Below the pieces are notes generated by a model. That model was not told the origin of the DNA, made no database searches, and worked only from the letters and a program-made list of their open reading frames with translations. Made by a program: the position numbers and the translations under genes. From Candidatus Parcubacteria bacterium (GTDB lineage: Bacteria > Patescibacteriota > Minisyncoccia > Minisyncoccales > JAGMDC01): 64,000 nucleotides of DNA. The stretch is from positions 17,238-81,237 of the forward strand of contig JAGMAD010000001.1 of the NCBI GenBank assembly GCA_023130975.1. Reading direction: 5' to 3'. Numbering within the stretch: the stretch's first letter is position 1; the number at the start of each line of letters is the position of its first letter. Positions 33,504-42,268 of the stretch are shown here, one piece after another.

Positions 33504-34092
33504 TTATAATAAAACGTCTATCACCACCTTCTCTGACATCTCTTTATACCTATTTCGTATGGTAACTTCGGCCACGAATCAAACGTTTTTTCATTGCTTT
33601 CCGGTACAATACTGATGCCGCTTCTCTGATGTCTCTTGAGAGTCCAAGCGCACAAGCCATTCGGTCTATCTCAGAAAGAGCGAAAATAAGACTCCTTTCA
33701 CTAGTCATAAGTCCACTATCTCTAACTCTACGTCGCATTCTTCGAAAATCATCTCGTCCTTGAAAATCTTTAGGAAGAAGATTACTTAGTCCTTTATCAT
33801 GTATTCTATTAGTCATTGGTGCTCCGACCCTCACTCTCTTTGAGAATTGCTCAGAGTCAAAAGCCCGCCATTCCGGGCCAAGGTCTATGATATTTTCTGC
33901 TATTACCATACCACACTCAGCACAATAAAGTTCGGCGCGTTTGCGATCCAGTATTAAATCTTTAGAGCCGCATTCAGGACACTTTCTTATTCTATTTGGA
34001 CCTTCTATATTTAAGTTTTCATCATTATTATCATTATTCTGGACAAAATTACGTTTCAATCTTTCTTTAGCTTCTACACTCACTTTTATCAT
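33504..34092 (-). pseudogene. Archaeal-type transcription initiation factor B (TFB/TFIIB), internally deleted remnant
   Basis: ORF 33550-34092 encodes the Zn ribbon, B-reader and B-linker up to ..LIRGRS, then a stop. An overlapping shifted frame across that stop reads [23 protein letters not shown], the conserved TFB C-terminus. Confidence 0.7.
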
Positions 34093-34225
34093 CTCCAGTT
34101 GTTAAACAACTATTTTTCAACCATAACAATTTCTTGAAACTAAGTCAATATTTTGCTATAATTAAACCACAGTTTAATTTCAAGGTTCTGCCGAGCAAAG
34201 CAAGGCAGGTTCTTATTGTTAAGTA

Positions 34226-34783
34226 ATGAAAAGAATTTTTATTGCTATAAATCTGCCTGAAAAGATAAAAAAAGAACTTTTATCCGAGCAGGAAAAATGG
34301 CCCGAACTGCCAATTAAATGGGTAAAACCGGACAATCTTCATATTACTCTGATTTTTCTTGGTAATATTAATGACCAAGAGATTTTAGAAATTGATAAAA
34401 CTGTTAAAGGAATTACTGCACGACATCAGCCCTTTTCAATAAACTTGAATAGAATTTGCTACGCCCCTCCTAAAAAAATACCACCACGGATGGTTTGGGC
34501 AGAAGGAGAAAAAGTAAAGGAATTAGCTGATCTAAAACAGGACTTAGAAAAATCTTTAATTGATTCTGGAATTAACTTTACTCCGGAAAACAGAGATTTT
34601 AGGCCCCATATTACTTTAGGAAGAATAAAGACCTGGGAATGGAGTAGAATAGAACCAGAGGAAAGACCAGAAATAGACGAAGAAATCTCTTTAAACTTTC
34701 CAGTAAATTCTATTGAGATGATGGAAAGCCAGTTGAAACGTGGGGGAGCGGAGTATGCGATTTTAGAAAGCGTAAAATTATGA
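34226..34783 (+). CDS. thpR: RNA 2',3'-cyclic phosphodiesterase (2H phosphoesterase, ThpR/LigT)
   Basis: Two H-x-T-x motifs (LHITLIFLG, PHITLGR). Confidence 0.85.
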   Translation: MKRIFIAINLPEKIKKELLSEQEKWPELPIKWVKPDNLHITLIFLGNINDQEILEIDKTVKGITARHQPFSINLNRICYAPPKKIPPRMVWAEGEKVKELADLKQDLEKSLIDSGINFTPENRDFRPHITLGRIKTWEWSRIEPEERPEIDEEISLNFPVNSIEMMESQLKRGGAEYAILESVKL

Positions 34784-36192
34784 AAATTCACTTTATCGGT
34801 ATTGGCGGAATAGGCGTTTCAGCTTTAGTCCAGTATTATTTAGCAACAGGCGAGCAAGTTTCTGGTTCTGATTTGGTCTCTTCAGAAATCACTGAAAAAT
34901 TAAAAAAGCAAGGAGCAAAAATTTTCATTGGAGAACAAAAAGCAAAAAATTTGAATAAATATCTAGGTAGAGAAAGATTCGAATCTTTAAAAGTGATTTA
35001 TAGTCCGGCAGTCAAAGAAGATAACCCGGAATTAAAAGAGGTAAGAAAACTTGGTATTAAATCTTTGTCTTATCCAGAGGCATTAGGAGAATTAACAAAA
35101 AAATACTTTACCATTGCCATAACTGGCACTCATGGCAAAAGTACAACCACAGCAATGGCTGCTTTGGTTTTAATTAAAGCCGGATTTGACCCGATGGTGA
35201 TTGTGGGTACAAAATTAAAAGAATTTGGGAATTCAAATTTCCGAATGGGCAAAAGCAAATACTTAATAATTGAGGCCTGCGAACATGAAGAATCATTTTT
35301 AAATTATTGGCCTAAAATTGTTGTTATTACCAACATTGAAAGAGAACACCTTGATTATTATAAAAACTTAAAGAATATCTTAAAAGCTTTTGGTGAGTTT
35401 TTCTTGCATTTACCAAAAAATGGAGTGTTGGTAGTAAACAAAGATGACAAAAATATAAAAAATTTAATTTCCAATTTCCAATTTCCAATTTCCAATAAAT
35501 TTTCAATTATCAATTTTCAATTATCAAAAATATCAAAAGATGTTAAAAAATTAAAGAAAATATTAAAGGTACCTGGTGAACACAATATTTATAATGCTTT
35601 AGCTGCTTTGAATATAGCCAGAGCTTTAAAAATTCCAGATAAGGTTAGTTATCAAGCATTATCAGAATATAAAGGAACTTGGCGCCGTTTTGAGCTTACG
35701 CACGCAAAACTAAGCGAAACTAAACGCAAAACTACGCGAAAAATAATAATTGTTTCTGATTATGCTCATCATCCAACCGAAGTAAAGGCAACTTTAAAAG
35801 CTTGTAGAGAAAAGTTTGTCAAGCAGAAAATTTGGTGTGTTTTTCAGCCGCATCAATATCAGCGAACTTATTATTTATTTAATGATTTTGTTAAGGTCTT
35901 TAAAGAGGCATTAGACGAGAACTGGATTGATAAGTTAATTATTACAGATATTTATGATGTGGCTGGTAGAGAGGATAAAGAAATTAAAAAGAAGGTAAGT
36001 TCTAAAGGACTGGTTAAAAAAATAAAAGAGGGCTTGAAAAATTCTGCTGTAGCAAGAAATGTTAAACATATTTCATCCATTAACCAAACAGCGGTCTATC
36101 TAAGGAAGAATTTAGAAAGCAGAGAAATCCTAATTATAATGGGAGCAGGGGACATTTATCAATTAAGTGAAAAAATAGTTTTCCACAGGTAG
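34780..36192 (+). CDS. murC: UDP-N-acetylmuramate--L-alanine ligase
   Basis: IHFIGIGGIGVSAL, GTHGKSTTTAM, PGEHNIYNALAA, DYAHHPTE. Confidence 0.95.
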   Translation: MKIHFIGIGGIGVSALVQYYLATGEQVSGSDLVSSEITEKLKKQGAKIFIGEQKAKNLNKYLGRERFESLKVIYSPAVKEDNPELKEVRKLGIKSLSYPEALGELTKKYFTIAITGTHGKSTTTAMAALVLIKAGFDPMVIVGTKLKEFGNSNFRMGKSKYLIIEACEHEESFLNYWPKIVVITNIEREHLDYYKNLKNILKAFGEFFLHLPKNGVLVVNKDDKNIKNLISNFQFPISNKFSIINFQLSKISKDVKKLKKILKVPGEHNIYNALAALNIARALKIPDKVSYQALSEYKGTWRRFELTHAKLSETKRKTTRKIIIVSDYAHHPTEVKATLKACREKFVKQKIWCVFQPHQYQRTYYLFNDFVKVFKEALDENWIDKLIITDIYDVAGREDKEIKKKVSSKGLVKKIKEGLKNSAVARNVKHISSINQTAVYLRKNLESREILIIMGAGDIYQLSEKIVFHR

Positions 36193-36381
36193 CTATTGTT
36201 TGACAAGTTAATATGGTGTTATAATGGGATAATAAAATAATCGATTTGGGCAGATAAGGAAGCCCTTAAAAAGGTCGTAGAGTTTATCCAGCACCTTTTT
36301 AGAGTACAAGTACAATCGATGTAGAATTTAATGTTTCACCGAAAAGGTGCTTGGATTTATTAAATAATTATCTTAATTAAT

Positions 36382-36516
36382 ATGGAAACTCTTACTTGGA
36401 TAATTTTAATTCTTGTGGTAGCAGCAGTTGCCGGAGTTGTTTTGATGAAAAAAAAGAAGGGCGGAGGTTTACCTCAGGGGCCAACAAGCCAAACACCTCC
36501 GACTCCTGGAGTTTAA
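36382..36516 (+). CDS. Small membrane protein (44 aa, below ORF-track cutoff)
   Basis: METLTWIILILVVAAVAGVVLMKKKKGGG..., one TM helix, followed by the terminator at 36538-36566. Confidence 0.4.
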   Translation: METLTWIILILVVAAVAGVVLMKKKKGGGLPQGPTSQTPPTPGV

Positions 36517-36537
36517 GATATTTTCGAGATTTTTTTA

Positions 36538-36566
36538 AAGCCCTGCCTTTCAGGCAGGGCTTTAAT
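36538..36566 (+). terminator. Intrinsic terminator
   Basis: gccctgcc-tttca-ggcagggc hairpin followed by tttaatttt. Confidence 0.7.
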
Positions 36567-36625
36567 TTTAATAAAAACTTTATTTTTAATAGTAAATCTG
36601 ATATAGTAAGAAAATAGTAAAAAAT

Positions 36626-38359
36626 ATGGAAATTATTCAAGAATTCAAAATTATTTGGGAATATTTAAGAAAATATAAAAAAGCAGTTAAAAAAACTGCT
36701 ATTTTAGCTATGGTCGGAGCAACTATTACTGCTATTATTCCCTATATTTATGGTAGATTAGTAGATGCGGTTTCTATTGAAGTATTTAGCTTGGATTTTG
36801 TTTTAGCTCTTTTGGGAATTTGGGTGCTGATGAGTTTATGCTCTGCTATCTTAAAAAGAATAGTTTCTGTAAGTGCGAGTTTTACCTCTATTAATATTTC
36901 CAATGATTTAATCTGTGAAAGTTCTGAACATATTATAAATTTACCATTAAGTTTTCATAAAGAGAAAAAGGTCGGTGAAATTTTATCCAGAATTACCCGT
37001 GCTTGCGAGCGTTTACGAGAAATCATTGGATATATGACTTTTTGGATACTTCCTCAATTTTTTACCGTTCTTGTGGGAGTGACTATTTTATTTTTTGTGG
37101 ATTGGCGGTTGTCTCTCGGAGCTTTAACAATCTTTCTTCCATCTATAATAATTACTATTTACAGAACTCCTTCAATTTTAGAAGCATCAAAAAAATTAAA
37201 TGAGAAGTTTGATCAAGGCTTAGGCATTATAAACGACTCTTTTTTGAATGTTCAATCTATTAAATCTTGTGCAGCAGAATGGTTTCAAAAAGAGAAAATT
37301 GATTCCTCGTATAAGAAAGAAGTCGCTTCTGCTTTTAAAAAACTTATTATTCTTTGGCATAATACTACTTTATGCCAACAAATTATTCTCTCTTTGGGCT
37401 TTCTAATAATTTTTGGCTATGCAATTTTTCTCTTAAAAATAAATCAGATTACGAGCGGTGAGTTAATAATGTTTTTAGGATACTTAAACCTTGTCCAAGC
37501 ACCTTTATCTGATCTTCTTTATCAATGGATATCTTTCCAGCAAGGCATGACTGTTATTAAAAGAGCGAGAAAATTATTATTTATAAAACCAGAACATTAC
37601 AATTTAGAAGGTAAAATCTTAAAAGAAGTCCAAGGAAAAGTAGAATTTAAAAATGTTAGTTTTGGCTATAAAGAGAAAAATTTGATTTTGACAGATATTA
37701 ATCTTACTGCGCCAGCCGGTAAAAAAATCGCTATTGTTGGCGGCAGCGGCGAAGGAAAAACTACTTTAGTAGATTTAATTTCTCTTTATTTTATTCCAAC
37801 ACGAGGCAAAATCTTAATTGATAGTATAGACATTAAAAAATTAAATCTTTCATTTTTAAGAAAAACTATCGCTTATGTGCCTCAAGAAATAATTTTGTTT
37901 AATGATACAATTAAAAGCAATATTCAATATGGAAAACCCAATGCTTCTGAGCAGGAAATTATAGAGGCGGCAAAAGCTGCTAATGCTCATAATTTTATTG
38001 AAGCATTTCCCAAAAAATATGAGCAATTAGTAGGGGAACGGGGAATTAAGCTTTCTACTGGTCAAAAACAGCGACTGGCTATTGCTCGGGCTTTAATTCG
38101 TAACCCAAAGATTTTGATTTTAGACGAAGCCACCTCTTCATTAGATATGGAATCAGAAAGATTGGTCCAGGGGGCATTGGAAAAGTTGATAAAAAATCGA
38201 ACGACTTTTATTATCGCCCATCGCTTAAGCACTGTCCGAAACGCTGACAAAATCTTGGTCTTGGAAAAAGGAAAAATAGTAGAGCAGGGAACCCATAAAG
38301 AACTTATTAAGAAGAAAGGCAGATACTTTAAATTTTACTCGCTACAATTTAAAATTTAA
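36626..38359 (+). CDS. ABC exporter, fused permease/ATPase (MsbA-like)
   Basis: Six-TM domain. Walker A GGSGEGKTT, signature LSTGQKQRLAIARA, Walker B ILILDEATS. Confidence 0.9.
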   Translation: MEIIQEFKIIWEYLRKYKKAVKKTAILAMVGATITAIIPYIYGRLVDAVSIEVFSLDFVLALLGIWVLMSLCSAILKRIVSVSASFTSINISNDLICESSEHIINLPLSFHKEKKVGEILSRITRACERLREIIGYMTFWILPQFFTVLVGVTILFFVDWRLSLGALTIFLPSIIITIYRTPSILEASKKLNEKFDQGLGIINDSFLNVQSIKSCAAEWFQKEKIDSSYKKEVASAFKKLIILWHNTTLCQQIILSLGFLIIFGYAIFLLKINQITSGELIMFLGYLNLVQAPLSDLLYQWISFQQGMTVIKRARKLLFIKPEHYNLEGKILKEVQGKVEFKNVSFGYKEKNLILTDINLTAPAGKKIAIVGGSGEGKTTLVDLISLYFIPTRGKILIDSIDIKKLNLSFLRKTIAYVPQEIILFNDTIKSNIQYGKPNASEQEIIEAAKAANAHNFIEAFPKKYEQLVGERGIKLSTGQKQRLAIARALIRNPKILILDEATSSLDMESERLVQGALEKLIKNRTTFIIAHRLSTVRNADKILVLEKGKIVEQGTHKELIKKKGRYFKFYSLQFKI

Positions 38360-38414
38360 TGTATAGCAAATCAAAGATTTGATATATCAGACTAAAGTTT
38401 GCTATAATGAGAGA

Positions 38415-39803
38415 ATGGAACGGATATTATCTATTGAAACAACTAAATACATTGGAAAAGAGGTTAAAATAGCTGGGTGGGTGAATTCGCGAAGAGACCA
38501 CGGCAAGATTATTTTTATTGACCTTCGGGATAGTTCAGGATTGGTGCAAATGATATTTGGACAGGAATTTGAAAAAGACAAAACAGCTCAAGAAATGAGG
38601 CCTGAATGGATAATTGAAGTAGAGGGTCTCGTAAATAAAAGACCAAAAGGGATGGTCAATCCTAAACTGACTACTGGAAATATAGAAATAAAAGTAAAAA
38701 AATTAAAAGTTTTGTCTAAGGCAAAAACCCTGCCTTTTTCTATTGAAAATGATGGTTATGAGATAAATGAAGAAAAACGGTTAAAATATCGTTATTTGGA
38801 TTTAAGAAGAAATCGATTGAGAAAAAATTTGAAAACTCGCCAAAAGGTTATTCAGTTTATGCGAGATGCATTGGAAAAACAGGGATTTATAGAAATTGAA
38901 ACACCGCTTTTAACAAAATCAACACCAGAGGGAGCCAGGGATTTTCTGGTGCCAGCTCGCTTACAGCCCGGAAAATTTTATGCTTTGCCTCAAAGTCCAC
39001 AGCAGTATAAGCAGCTTTTAATGGTAGCCGGAATTGAAAAATATTTTCAAATCGCCAGATGTTTAAGAGACGAAGACCCAAGAGCAGACAGGCAGGCAGA
39101 ACATACTCAATTGGATATTGAAATGGCATTTATTAATCAGGAAGAAATTTTGGATTTGATAGAAAAACTATATATATCCATAATAAAAAAAATATTTCCG
39201 GAAAAAAGAATTACCAAAATTCCTTTTTTTCGACTCACTTATAAAAAAGCAATGGAAAAATACAAAACTGACAGACCAGACCTTCGGAGGAATAAAAAAA
39301 ACCCGGATGAATTAGCTTTTGCTTTTGTCACTGACTTTCCAATGTTTGAATGGCACCCAGAGGATAAAACCTGGGGAGCTGAACATCATCCTTTTACCAA
39401 ACCCCAAACAGAAGATATCAAAAAAATAAAAAAGAATCCAGAGAAAATTTTAGCTTTTCAATATGATTTTGTTCTAAATGGACAGGAGATTGGCGGAGGA
39501 AGTATTAGAACAACAAATTTAGATGTTTTAACTGCTGTTTTTGAGGTTTTAGGCCATAAAAAATCAGAAATTAAAAAGAAGTTCAAAAACTATTTTGAAG
39601 CGTTTAGCTATGGTGTGCCGCCTCATGGAGGGATTGCTCCAGGGATTGATAGATTTTTAGCCGTGGTCTTAAACGAACCGAATATTCGGGAAGTCATTGC
39701 TTTCCCTAAAACAGGTGACAACCGCGATTTAATGATGGATATCCCATCGGATGTAAGCGAAGAACAATTAAAAGAATTACATATTAAAACAAAAAAAAAG
39801 TAA
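38415..39803 (+). CDS. aspS: Aspartate--tRNA ligase, bacterial type but lacking the GAD insertion domain
   Basis: OB fold (GWVNSRRDHGKIIFIDLRD), motif 2 FYALPQSPQQYKQLL, CLRDEDPRADRQ, HHPFT, motif 3 GGIAPGIDR. Start set at ATG 38415, 6 nt after TATAAT. Confidence 0.9.
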   Translation: MERILSIETTKYIGKEVKIAGWVNSRRDHGKIIFIDLRDSSGLVQMIFGQEFEKDKTAQEMRPEWIIEVEGLVNKRPKGMVNPKLTTGNIEIKVKKLKVLSKAKTLPFSIENDGYEINEEKRLKYRYLDLRRNRLRKNLKTRQKVIQFMRDALEKQGFIEIETPLLTKSTPEGARDFLVPARLQPGKFYALPQSPQQYKQLLMVAGIEKYFQIARCLRDEDPRADRQAEHTQLDIEMAFINQEEILDLIEKLYISIIKKIFPEKRITKIPFFRLTYKKAMEKYKTDRPDLRRNKKNPDELAFAFVTDFPMFEWHPEDKTWGAEHHPFTKPQTEDIKKIKKNPEKILAFQYDFVLNGQEIGGGSIRTTNLDVLTAVFEVLGHKKSEIKKKFKNYFEAFSYGVPPHGGIAPGIDRFLAVVLNEPNIREVIAFPKTGDNRDLMMDIPSDVSEEQLKELHIKTKKK

Positions 39804-39813
39804 ATACATTGAG

Positions 39814-40854
39814 ATGAAAATAAAAATCTTCTTCATAGTTTTTTTAATCAGTCTGCCTTTTTGGTGGGGGATAAATGTTTTAGAGCAAAATTTAGAGAAT
39901 TTTTTCTTTTTGGAGATTGCCAAAAATAATCCTGAATTTTTTATTGCCCAGGTATCTCAATATCCTCATCAAAACATAGAAAAGGAAGGCAAGGAATTAT
40001 CAGAACAAGAATTAGAAGAAGAATTATCGGAAAACGAAAAATTATTGGAACAAGAATCAGAAAATTCAGAGATTAGCGCCCAATCAATTATCTCTGTTCT
40101 AGTTGATTCTCAAGACAAGGAAGAAATCATTTTTGAAAAAGATATTTCTAAAAAACTACCTATTGCCAGTTTAACTAAATTGATGACTGCTTTAATAGCT
40201 TTGGAAACCTATGATATGGACCAGAAAGTAATAATAAGCAAGGAAGCAATGGAACAGCCGGAAGAAAAAGGGAAATTAAGCCCAGGAGAAAATCTCTCAG
40301 TAGAAAACCTTTTACATATTATGCTTATTGAATCAAGCAATGATGCTGCCTATGCTTTGTCTGAAGGAAAAATTGTGGGACAAGAAGAATATATAGGAGA
40401 AGAGTCCTTTGTGGCAATGATGAATTTTAAAGCAAAAGAGTTAGGGCTTGAAAATACTCATTTTGTTAATTCTGTTGGCATAGGCGAAACAGAAGAGCCA
40501 AAACATTACTCAACAAGTAAAGATTTAGTAAAACTTTCTCAATATATAATGAAAGAACATCCTCAAATTTTTGAAATAAGCAGAAAAAAATCTTATGAAG
40601 TTTTAAATTCCGATGGTTCTGTCCATCATTTTATAGCATCTAATACTAATAAACTTTTAGACCTCCCTATTAAAACATGGTGGGGGATAGAGATAATTGG
40701 CTGCAAAACCGGCTGGACCCCAGAAGCCCAGGGCTGCCTTCTTTTAGTAATGAAAAAAGAAAACCAAGATGGTTATTTAATTAATGTAATCCTGGGTTCA
40801 GAAGACAGGTTTGAAGAAATGAAGAAATTAATATATCAAACAATTTCTCTATGA
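39814..40854 (+). CDS. D-alanyl-D-alanine carboxypeptidase (S11, PBP5-like)
   Basis: SxxK (ASLTKLMT), SxN (ESSNDAA), KTG (CKTGWT). Confidence 0.8.
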   Translation: MKIKIFFIVFLISLPFWWGINVLEQNLENFFFLEIAKNNPEFFIAQVSQYPHQNIEKEGKELSEQELEEELSENEKLLEQESENSEISAQSIISVLVDSQDKEEIIFEKDISKKLPIASLTKLMTALIALETYDMDQKVIISKEAMEQPEEKGKLSPGENLSVENLLHIMLIESSNDAAYALSEGKIVGQEEYIGEESFVAMMNFKAKELGLENTHFVNSVGIGETEEPKHYSTSKDLVKLSQYIMKEHPQIFEISRKKSYEVLNSDGSVHHFIASNTNKLLDLPIKTWWGIEIIGCKTGWTPEAQGCLLLVMKKENQDGYLINVILGSEDRFEEMKKLIYQTISL

Positions 40855-41912
40855 CTCTCTTTACTTTCAGTGTAGTTAAAATTTTTCTTATCTCCTCGTT
40901 CACGGCAATTATTGCCATTTTTCTGGCTCCTTTTTTAATTAAATTTTTATACAAAATCAAATTTTGGAAAAAAGAAGCCAGAACTAAAACTATTACTGGA
41001 GAGGAAGCAGAAGTTTTTTATTCTCTACATAAGGATAGGGAAGTGAGCGTGCCCAGAGGCGGCGGTTTAATAATTTGGTGCTCTGTTCTTATAGTTATTT
41101 TTCTATTTTATTTAATAAGTAAATTCTCTGACATCTGGTGGCTGAAATCCCTCAATTTTTTATCACGAGGAGAAACCTGGCTGCCTCTGTTTACTTTAAT
41201 AACTGCTTCTTTGGTTGGTTTAACAGATGACATTTTACAGGTCTTTGGAAAAGGAAAATATATTGCTGGCGGCATGGCTTTTAAAAGACGAATGCTGATG
41301 GTGATTTTAATTGGAGCAATCGGTGCTTGGTGGTTCTATAGTAAGCTGGGCTGGGATTCTATGCATATTCCTTTAGTAGGTGATTTTTCTTTAGGAATTT
41401 GGTATGTTCTTTTATTTATTATTACTATGTTGGCTTGCTGGAGCAGCGGAGTAGTTGATGGAATAGACGGTTTAGCCGGCGGGGTTTTTGCTTCCATTTT
41501 TGGCGCTTTTGCTGTTATTGCTTTTTCCCAGGGAAAAGTAGATTTAGCTGCTTTTTGTATTGCTATTACCGGAACATTGTTTGCTTTTTTATGGTTTAAT
41601 ATCCCTCCGGCTAAATTTTATATGGGAGAAACAGGTATATTGGGACTAACTACTACTTTAGCTGTTGTTGCTTTTCTAACTAATTCTTTAATCGTCTTGC
41701 CGATAATCGGCGGTCTTTTGGTAATTGAATCCGGCTCTGTTATTTTACAGCTTTTATCCAAAAAATTCCGAAAAAAGAAAATCTGGTTATGCACGCCAAT
41801 TCATCACCACTTTGAAGCCAAAGGATGGCTTCCCTATAAAGTAACAATGAGATTTTGGATTATCGGAATTGTCTTAGCCATCATCGGCACCGCCATCCGT
41901 TTATTAGGTTGA
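40851..41912 (+). CDS. mraY: Phospho-N-acetylmuramoyl-pentapeptide transferase
   Basis: GLTDDILQ, VDGIDGLAGG, PAKFYMGETG, HHHFE motifs. Ten TM segments. Confidence 0.95.
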   Translation: MTLFTFSVVKIFLISSFTAIIAIFLAPFLIKFLYKIKFWKKEARTKTITGEEAEVFYSLHKDREVSVPRGGGLIIWCSVLIVIFLFYLISKFSDIWWLKSLNFLSRGETWLPLFTLITASLVGLTDDILQVFGKGKYIAGGMAFKRRMLMVILIGAIGAWWFYSKLGWDSMHIPLVGDFSLGIWYVLLFIITMLACWSSGVVDGIDGLAGGVFASIFGAFAVIAFSQGKVDLAAFCIAITGTLFAFLWFNIPPAKFYMGETGILGLTTTLAVVAFLTNSLIVLPIIGGLLVIESGSVILQLLSKKFRKKKIWLCTPIHHHFEAKGWLPYKVTMRFWIIGIVLAIIGTAIRLLG

Positions 41913-41949
41913 CTTATTTTATTTTTTGGGTTAAAATAAAAAAGAGGTA

Positions 41950-42090
41950 ATGGACATGAACATAGAAAAGACAATAGGAACAATAATGGATTGCCTGGGA
42001 ATTGATGAAAGTTTTGAGGGCATCCAACAATGGAAACAAGTAATGCAAGAAGGACTTGAGAAACTAGAAAATGGTGAATACCGAAATTAG
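41950..42090 (+). CDS. Hypothetical small protein (46 aa, below ORF-track cutoff)
   Basis: ATG after agagg. Sits in a 356-nt gap between mraY and the MurL-like gene. Confidence 0.25.
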   Translation: MDMNIEKTIGTIMDCLGIDESFEGIQQWKQVMQEGLEKLENGEYRN

Positions 42091-42268
42091 TTTCAGAACC
42101 AGAATATAAAGAGGGTATTCTTTATCCTCTTCCTTTTTATTCAAAAAGTTGTTGACTGTTCTTCCAATTATTTTTTTGAGCAAATCAAAAAAACAAGGTT
42201 CTTAAGTGAAGCGAAAGGTTCTTATTTTTTTTGATTTCAGCTAAATTTTAGAATATAATGAAGTTATT

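Noticed and set aside
35690-35745. GC-richer quasi-repeat (gcgaaacta/cgcaaaacta x4) in murC, considered as another in-frame insertion.
   Set aside because: The spacing between the conserved RRFE and DYAHHP motifs is within the normal MurC range. There is no palindrome or duplicated flank.
36392-36640. Tracked ORFs 36392-36640 (minus) and 36396-36617 (plus).
   Set aside because: They overlap each other and a terminator hairpin. The better-supported reading is the 44-aa membrane ORF at 36382-36516 followed by the terminator.
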